From the NCBI RefSeq assembly GCF_000017845.1, contig NC_010546.1, positions 1,140,001-1,172,000 of the forward strand: 32,000 bases of DNA. Reading direction: 5' to 3'. Of this stretch, positions 1 to 5,783 are shown one piece after another. The notes under the pieces were generated by a model. The model saw nothing but the letters and a program-made list of their open reading frames with translations, searched no databases and was not told where the DNA came from. Position 1 is the first letter of the stretch; each line of letters begins with the position of its first letter. The stretch is from Crocosphaera subtropica ATCC 51142 (lineage in GTDB: Bacteria; Cyanobacteriota; Cyanobacteriia; Cyanobacteriales; Microcystaceae). The position numbers were made by a program, and so were the translations under genes.

Positions 1-1
1 A

Positions 2-1522
2 AAATTGTTACTTTATGGAGGAGCGATCCATCAAGCCGGTGCCGTCAAAGCTAGACGAGATCAGCGTAAGGCAACTTCTGACTGGATGGAAATGGAAAAA
101 CAAAGGGGTATCTCTATCACCTCGACGGTACTTCAATTTGAGTATCGCGACTTCCAAATTAACCTATTAGATACCCCCGGACACCAAGACTTTAGTGAAG
201 ATACCTATCGCACCCTTGCAGCAGCCGATAATGCTGTCATGTTGATCGATGCAGCGAAAGGTTTAGAACCCCAAACTCGTAAACTATTTGAGGTGTGTCG
301 TCTCAGGGGACTTCCTATTTTTACCTTCGTCAATAAAATGGATCGTCCCGGACGAGAACCCTTAGAATTGTTAGATGAGATTGAGCAAGAGTTAGGACTG
401 AAAACCTATGCGGTTAACTGGCCCATTGGAATGGGCGATCGCTTTAAAGGGGTTTACAGTCGTCGTCAAAAGGCGATACACCTGTTTGAACGTCGCTCTC
501 ACGGCTCCCAACAGGCTCAAGAAGACATTATTAAGCTTGGTGACCCCAAAATTGAAGAATATCTCGAACAAGAGCTTTATTATCAATTTAAAGAGGACTT
601 AGAAATTCTCGAAGAGTTAGGGGATGATCTCGACTTAGCTGAAGTCCACGCCGGGAAAATGACCCCCATCTTTTTCGGTTCAGCCATGACCAACTTCGGG
701 GTGCAACTGTTCTTAGAAGCATTCCTAGAATATGCCCTGAAACCAGAAGGCCGTAACTCATCCGTTGGAGTGGTTGAACCAACTCACCCTGAGTTTAGTG
801 GCTTTGTCTTCAAATTACAAGCCAATATGGACCCGAAACACCGCGATCGGGTAGCTTTTGTCCGGGTATGTACGGGTAAGTTTGAGAAGGATATGACCGT
901 CAGTCACGCCAGAACCGGCAAAACCGTCCGTTTATCCCGTCCTCAAAAGCTTTTTGCTCAAGATCGCGCTTCCATTGAAGAAGCGTATGGGGGTGATGTT
1001 ATTGGGTTGAATAACCCTGGTGTATTTGCGATCGGTGACACCATTTACAACGGTAAAAAGTTGGAATATGAGGGAATTCCTTGTTTTTCTCCTGAAATGT
1101 TTTCTTACCTGAAAAACCCAAACCCCTCAAAATTTAAGCAGTTTCAAAAGGGAATAAAAGAGTTGAGAGAAGAAGGTGCAATACAAATTATGTATTCTAC
1201 CGATGACTTCAAACGGGACCCTATTTTAGCTGCGGTGGGCCAATTACAATTTGAAGTGGTACAGTTTCGGATGTTAAGCGAATATGGCGTAGAAACCAGC
1301 TTAGAACCCTTACCCTATAGTTTAGCTCGTTGGGTAAAAGGTGGCTGGAGTGCTTTAGAAAAAGCGGGGCGTATTTTTAACACCATTACCGTAAAAGATA
1401 ACTGGGGTCGTCCCGTTTTGCTATTTAAAAATGAATGGGGTTTACAACAGGTGAAAGTGGATCATCCAGAGTTGAACTTAGATGCGATCGCTCCAGTTGG
1501 TGTGGGTATGGAACCCGAATAA
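2..1522 (+). CDS. prfC: Peptide chain release factor 3 (translational GTPase), 5'-truncated by the window edge
   Basis: Reading frame is open from position 2 ([10 protein letters not shown]...). GTPase motifs DTPGHQDF and NKMDR are present, with RF3-like sequence throughout. Stop TAA at 1520-1522. Confidence 0.95.
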
Positions 1523-1548
1523 TTGTAGGGTGGGCATTGCCCACCTTA
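1523..1548. repeat. Palindromic REP-like element TTGTAGGGTGGGCATTGCCCACCTTA (copy A), directly after the prfC stop
   Basis: Stem GGTGGGCA/TGCCCACC. A near-identical copy lies at 3924-3949 and an expanded inverted copy at 22435-22508. It sits between convergent genes, so it may act as a bidirectional terminator. Confidence 0.7.
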
Positions 1549-1569
1549 TCATAAAAACTGGTGAATAAC

Positions 1570-2109
1570 TCAGTTTCCCCATAAAACTTTTATTAAAATA
1601 TTAAGTGTAATGCAAATTAAAGATAAAGCAATCAACCAGACAGCTATATTAAGCTTTCTTCCTTTTTCAAAGCCTAGTTTCTCATATTCTTCCTCAGCCT
1701 GAACCCAACCACTAATTATATAGTCTGAAATATCATTTTTATCAGCAAAATACCATCGATCTTTCATCAATGCTTTTGGAGAAATAACAGTACCGCTTAA
1801 TTTTGTTGTTAATCCAAGACATAATATTAAAGCTGAACTTCCTAAAGCTATATATGTTATTATTTGTAATAGTAGACAAGAGTAACAAGCAAAATCTTCA
1901 ATAGTTACTTTTTCTGATAAGTCACTAGCAAATCTGACTAAAACTCCAGTAAATGCCAAAAAAACACTCATTTTTGTATCTAATCTGTTTAAACTTTCTC
2001 GTTGTAATTTGAGAAATTCCTCTGTATAACTATAGATTAAATCAGTATTTGTTGATTTTTCTGCTGAAGTTGAATTATTATCGTTAGAGTCGTTAATTTT
2101 ATCAGTCAT
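1570..2109 (-). CDS. Hypothetical 3-TM membrane protein (179 aa), with a layout reminiscent of small TM effector proteins (DUF5706/Pycsar-effector-like); family assignment tentative
   Basis: Hydrophilic N-terminus, then ...LNRLDTKMSVFLAFTGVLV (TM1), CLLLQIITYIALGSSALILCLGL (TM2), a soluble stretch, and LNIAVWLIALSLICITLNILI (TM3). Very AT-rich. Confidence 0.6.
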   Translation of the reverse strand: MTDKINDSNDNNSTSAEKSTNTDLIYSYTEEFLKLQRESLNRLDTKMSVFLAFTGVLVRFASDLSEKVTIEDFACYSCLLLQIITYIALGSSALILCLGLTTKLSGTVISPKALMKDRWYFADKNDISDYIISGWVQAEEEYEKLGFEKGRKLNIAVWLIALSLICITLNILIKVLWGN

Positions 2110-2278
2110 GTCTAATAATAACCCTGAAAGTAACCCTAAGTCTGATGATCAAGTTTCGCTATCCTTAAAAAATTCTCAATTTGGTCAAATTAAGGAAAGT
2201 GGAAGTAGAATTAGAGTAGTAGATCCTAAAGATACCACATTTGAAAGGTATGATGGTGATCCACCTGCACAACGTTAA
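2108..2278 (+). CDS. Possible small ORF (56 aa, hydrophilic), below the ORF-track length cutoff
   Basis: ATG at 2108 overlaps the CAT start of the divergent 3-TM gene (CATG). Encodes MSNNNPESNPKSDDQVSLSLKNSQFGQIKESGSRIRVVDPKDTTFERYDGDPPAQR with stop TAA at 2276-2278. A hairpin with a T-run follows about 25 nt downstream. No obvious SD. Confidence 0.2.
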   Translation: MSNNNPESNPKSDDQVSLSLKNSQFGQIKESGSRIRVVDPKDTTFERYDGDPPAQR

Positions 2279-2303
2279 TTGTAAGCTAATGGTTATTGAT
2301 TTT

Positions 2304-2334
2304 AAAAGTTGGGTTTTCTTTTACCCCAACTTTT
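2304..2334. terminator. Hairpin AAAAGTTGGG-N11-CCCAACTTTT, possibly a bidirectional intrinsic terminator
   Basis: 10-bp inverted repeat whose GTTGGG/CCCAAC core is flanked by A-run and T-run, so it reads as stem plus U-tract on either strand. Confidence 0.35.
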
Positions 2335-2361
2335 AGTCAACTTTAATAATACGATAAAACA

Positions 2362-2390
2362 TTGCAAAATACTAATATGATTTTTAAAAT
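2362..2390 (+). promoter_or_regulatory. Candidate sigma70-type promoter TTGCAA-N17-TAAAAT for the DUF29-DUF29-Uma2 cluster
   Basis: -35 TTGCAA at 2362-2367, 17-nt spacer, -10 TAAAAT at 2385-2390. This would give a very short leader before ATG 2403. The AT-rich context makes chance matches likely. Confidence 0.25.
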
Positions 2391-2402
2391 TTAGGTTTCA
2401 AT

Positions 2403-2876
2403 ATGACAGTAGAAATCAATCAATCAATAGACACTTTATATGATCAAGATTATAATTTATGGTTAGAAAAAACCATTAAACAATTAAAATCAAGCAAGTT
2501 TTCTGAGATAGATATAGAGAACTTAATCGAGGAATTAGAAAGTATGGGAAGAAGTGATAAACGTGCGCTTAAAAGTCTTCTTACCCGACTGTTTGAACAT
2601 TTACTAAAAATAGCTTATTGGGAAACAGAAAGAGAATATAATTATCGAGGATGGAACGGAGAAATTCAAAATTTTCGCATTCAAATTAGAGAATTACTGA
2701 AAGATAGTCCTAGTCTTAAGGTTTATTTAGTGGAAATTTTTGAGGAATGTTATCAAGATGCTAGAAAAATAACTGTAAAAAAAACTGGTTTAGAATCTGA
2801 TACTTTTCCTGATGAACCTATCGCTAACTTAGAACAAGTTTTAGACGATGATTGGCTTCCTAATAAATCAAAATAA
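2403..2876 (+). CDS. DUF29 family protein (helical bundle; family expanded in cyanobacteria)
   Basis: N-terminal LYDQDYNLWLEKT, ...IDIENLIEELESMGRSDKRALKS..LL.HLLK, and C-terminal FPDEPIANLEQVLDDDWLP match the DUF29 consensus as I recall it. Confidence 0.85.
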   Translation: MTVEINQSIDTLYDQDYNLWLEKTIKQLKSSKFSEIDIENLIEELESMGRSDKRALKSLLTRLFEHLLKIAYWETEREYNYRGWNGEIQNFRIQIRELLKDSPSLKVYLVEIFEECYQDARKITVKKTGLESDTFPDEPIANLEQVLDDDWLPNKSK

Positions 2877-2888
2877 CTAACTTAATAA

Positions 2889-3368
2889 ATGCTTATGTCT
2901 ATTACATCCATTACTGAAAACCTAAAATCTTTATACGAAACTGACTATGATAAATGGGTTTTACAAACTGTTCAACGATTACAAGAAAAAAAATATGAAG
3001 CAATAGACTGGGAAAATTTAATAGATGAGGTAGCAGACTTGAGTAGAAGAGAAAGGGATAAATTAATGAGTTTGTTAACTCGTCTTTTTGAACACTTATT
3101 AAAGTTAGCTTATTGGGAATCTGAAAGAGACTATAATTATCGAGGATGGAACGGAGAAATCCAAAATTTTCGCATTCAAATAAAGAGATTACTTAGAAAA
3201 AGTCCTAGTCTTAAGGTTTATTTAGTGGAAATTTTTGAGGAATGTTATCAAGATGCTAAGAAAATTACTATCAAAAAAACTGGATTAGAATCTGATCTTT
3301 TTCCTGATAAACCTATTGCTAACTTAGAACAAGTTTTAGATGATGATTGGTTGCCAACGATTAAATAA
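2889..3368 (+). CDS. DUF29 family protein, tandem paralogue
   Basis: LYETDYDKWVLQT...IDWENLIDEVADLSRRERDKL. The 3' half is almost identical at nucleotide level to 2403-2876. Confidence 0.85.
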   Translation: MLMSITSITENLKSLYETDYDKWVLQTVQRLQEKKYEAIDWENLIDEVADLSRRERDKLMSLLTRLFEHLLKLAYWESERDYNYRGWNGEIQNFRIQIKRLLRKSPSLKVYLVEIFEECYQDAKKITIKKTGLESDLFPDKPIANLEQVLDDDWLPTIK

Positions 3369-3379
3369 TTAAGTTTATT

Positions 3380-3871
3380 ATGATTACAATTGCTAAATGG
3401 TCAGTAGAAGATTATCATAAAATCATTGAAACAGGTATTCTGAATGATCGGCCTGTTGAACTATTAGAAGGAACCATTATCGAAATGTCTCCAGAAAGTC
3501 CTTTACACCGTAAAAAATGTGATGCAGTTGCTGACTATTTACGGGACAAGTTAAAGGGTTATGCAAAGGTTTATGAAGCGCATCCTATTACCCTTTCAAC
3601 CTCGGAACCTGAACCGAATATTGCTATTGTTAGATTACCTGTTTCTTTGTATGATAATCATCATCCTTACCCCGAAGATATTTACTGGTTAATCGAAATT
3701 TCTGATAAAACTTTAACAAAAGATTTACAACAAAAACGGTTAATTTATGCTCAAGCAGGAATTAAAGAATATTGGGTGATTGATGTAGAAAAAAGAGAAT
3801 TAAAGGTTTTTAAAAACCTATTAAATAGGAATTATCAACAAGAGGAAACTTATACAAAATGGACAATATAA
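3380..3871 (+). CDS. Uma2 family (DUF820) PD-(D/E)xK putative endonuclease, probably decaying (catalytic D to N change, plus an in-frame stop before the conserved C-terminus)
   Basis: WSVEDYHKIIETGIL...VELLEGTIIEMSP, EPEPNIAIV (consensus EPEPD), and LIEISDKTL...K..YAQAGIKEYWVID. The frame continues after TAA 3869-3871 as SLAFPEIELSVEKMI* up to 3919. Confidence 0.85.
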   Translation: MITIAKWSVEDYHKIIETGILNDRPVELLEGTIIEMSPESPLHRKKCDAVADYLRDKLKGYAKVYEAHPITLSTSEPEPNIAIVRLPVSLYDNHHPYPEDIYWLIEISDKTLTKDLQQKRLIYAQAGIKEYWVIDVEKRELKVFKNLLNRNYQQEETYTKWTI

Positions 3872-3923
3872 AGTCTTGCTTTTCCTGAGATTGAATTATC
3901 TGTAGAAAAAATGATTTAATATA

Positions 3924-3949
3924 TTGTAGGGTGGGCAATACCCACCTTA
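3924..3949. repeat. Palindromic REP-like element TTGTAGGGTGGGCAATACCCACCTTA (copy B)
   Basis: Same element as 1523-1548. It lies just after the extended Uma2 frame ends at 3919. Confidence 0.7.
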
Positions 3950-3969
3950 CTACTCCAATCACTTAATTA

Positions 3970-5580
3970 ATGATAATGATTGACTTTATTACCGCGGCAT
4001 CTAAGATATTAAGTTTCATACAAGCGTTGCCTAAATTTACTAATAGTTTATATGAGCAAGGGCAAAAAAATCAAGAAATTAATAATATTTTACAGCAGTT
4101 GAATTTATCTCCTACGGAAATTCCTGATAATGTGGATACTGTTTATATTTATGCTTTGATAGATTATGGTGTATCTGAGTCTTACGCTATTTTAGAAATT
4201 CTCAGAAACAAGGAGATTAAGGATAGTTTTTGGACTGCTTATACTAATAATAATCATTTAGATTTTTTAAATAAAGTAGAAGAATTTTTAAAGCAAGAAC
4301 CCGGGTTAAAAGAAGAAATTATCAACAATAATATCGAGCTTGCAGTTGAATTAGAGAAATTTGCGGATATCTTTATTTCCTATGCAAAAAAAACGACTTC
4401 AGCTAAATTTAAAATTGATGGGGTTTATCCTGAATGGGATTTTAATGTTATTCCTAGTGAGTTTAGGGCTTTAATTGAGGAAAAAACGGGTTTATTTTGT
4501 GGTAGAAGTTTTGTTTTTCAGGAGTTTGATAAATTTATTAATAACCAATCTAAAGGATATTTTACAGTGATTGGTGATGCAGGAATGGGTAAAAGTTCTA
4601 TTGCTTCTAAGTATATTTTGGCGAAAAAGGTTCCTTGTTATTTTAATATTGCCACTGAAGGAAAAAATAAACCTGAACAGTTTCTAAATAATATTCGGCA
4701 ACAATTAATTATACGTTATAAATTACAAAATCAAGAGAATGCTGATTTACGGACTTTATTACAAAAAGCAAGTGAAAAGTTATCAGAAAAACAAAAGTTA
4801 ATTATTCTGGTTGATGCTTTGGATGAAGTGGAACAAGAAGGAAGTAGTAATCTCTTAGATTTACCTCAAAATCTGCCCAATAGGGTCTATTTTTTGCTGA
4901 CAAGACGACCTTATAATTCTCAAACTCAACGATTAACAACGTCTCCTGATACGACCTATGAAACGTTAGATTTAAAAGAGGAAAAATATCAGAAACTTAA
5001 TGAACAAGATGTTAAACAATATATTGGTTTATTTTTACAAAATGATCAACAGTATAAGGATAAATTGCAGAAATGGCTTAAAGATAGGAAGATTGATGAA
5101 TTGACTTTTATTGAAGAAGTAGCTAAGAAAAGTGAAAATAATTTTATGTATTTACGCTATGTTTTACCTTGGATAGCTGAGGATAAATATAGTGATTTAA
5201 CGTTACAAGGTTTACCTACAGGTTTACAAGAATATTATGAACAGCATTGGCAACAAATGAACATGGAGGAAGAAGCAAACGAAACTAAGGTTAAAATCTT
5301 CTATATGTTAGTTAAACGAGGTGATGAGATTTCCTCAGAGATGATTGCTAATATTTTAGATTTAGATGAATATGATGTGAGTTCGGTGTTGGAAAATAAG
5401 GATTGGTTTGAATATATAACCATAAGGAAAGATAAAACTGAGGATAAAATTTACTATCGTATTTATCATAAAAGTTTCTTAGAGTTTCTTCAAGATAAGC
5501 GTAAATTGAGTAAGGGACGGAGGTTATTTAAAGAAGTTAACGATAAAATGGCTGAGTATATGTTAAAGGAAATGAATTAA
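3970..5580 (+). CDS. NACHT-like STAND P-loop NTPase with a ~170-aa helical N-terminal domain of unknown function
   Basis: Walker A GDAGMGKS (4573-4596), Walker B LVDALDE (4810-4827), LLTRRP (NACHT TSRP-like motif), and a C-terminal winged-helix-like YYRIYHKSFLEFL. Confidence 0.8.
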   Translation: MIMIDFITAASKILSFIQALPKFTNSLYEQGQKNQEINNILQQLNLSPTEIPDNVDTVYIYALIDYGVSESYAILEILRNKEIKDSFWTAYTNNNHLDFLNKVEEFLKQEPGLKEEIINNNIELAVELEKFADIFISYAKKTTSAKFKIDGVYPEWDFNVIPSEFRALIEEKTGLFCGRSFVFQEFDKFINNQSKGYFTVIGDAGMGKSSIASKYILAKKVPCYFNIATEGKNKPEQFLNNIRQQLIIRYKLQNQENADLRTLLQKASEKLSEKQKLIILVDALDEVEQEGSSNLLDLPQNLPNRVYFLLTRRPYNSQTQRLTTSPDTTYETLDLKEEKYQKLNEQDVKQYIGLFLQNDQQYKDKLQKWLKDRKIDELTFIEEVAKKSENNFMYLRYVLPWIAEDKYSDLTLQGLPTGLQEYYEQHWQQMNMEEEANETKVKIFYMLVKRGDEISSEMIANILDLDEYDVSSVLENKDWFEYITIRKDKTEDKIYYRIYHKSFLEFLQDKRKLSKGRRLFKEVNDKMAEYMLKEMN

Positions 5581-5594
5581 ATTCTCCAAACCTC

Positions 5595-5619
5595 GTAGGG
5601 TTTTAATACTATTAAACCC
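5595..5619. repeat. Palindromic element GTAGGGTTTTAATACTATTAAACCC (type 2, copy 1)
   Basis: Stem GGGTTT(T)AAT/ATTAAACCC. A near-identical copy lies at 7994-8018. Confidence 0.65.
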
Positions 5620-5656
5620 ATTTAGTGAAGCCAAAAGTTATTTTATTTTAACTGTC

Positions 5657-5721
5657 ATTGCGAGGAGGCAAAACCTTGTTTGGGGATGAGTTTGAGCCTT
5701 AATTTCTGCCTCCGAAGCAAT
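5657..5721. repeat. Imperfect long hairpin ATTGCGAGGAGGCA...TGCCTCCGAAGCAAT (MITE/SDR-like)
   Basis: GGAGGCA/TGCCTCC and ATTGC/GCAAT arms flank about 36 nt. It resembles the ATTGCGAGG...CGAAGCAAT dispersed repeats common in cyanobacterial intergenic DNA. Confidence 0.45.
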
Positions 5722-5783
5722 CTCTAACAACACCAAACCCCCTGAATTAAATTGTATGTTAACCAAGGAGAAGACATGAAGTA

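Noticed and set aside
392-782. Three 64-aa ORFs (392-586 -, 408-602 +, 588-782 -) inside prfC
   Set aside because: They lie fully within the strongly supported RF3 coding frame and show no motifs. They are typical shadow ORFs.
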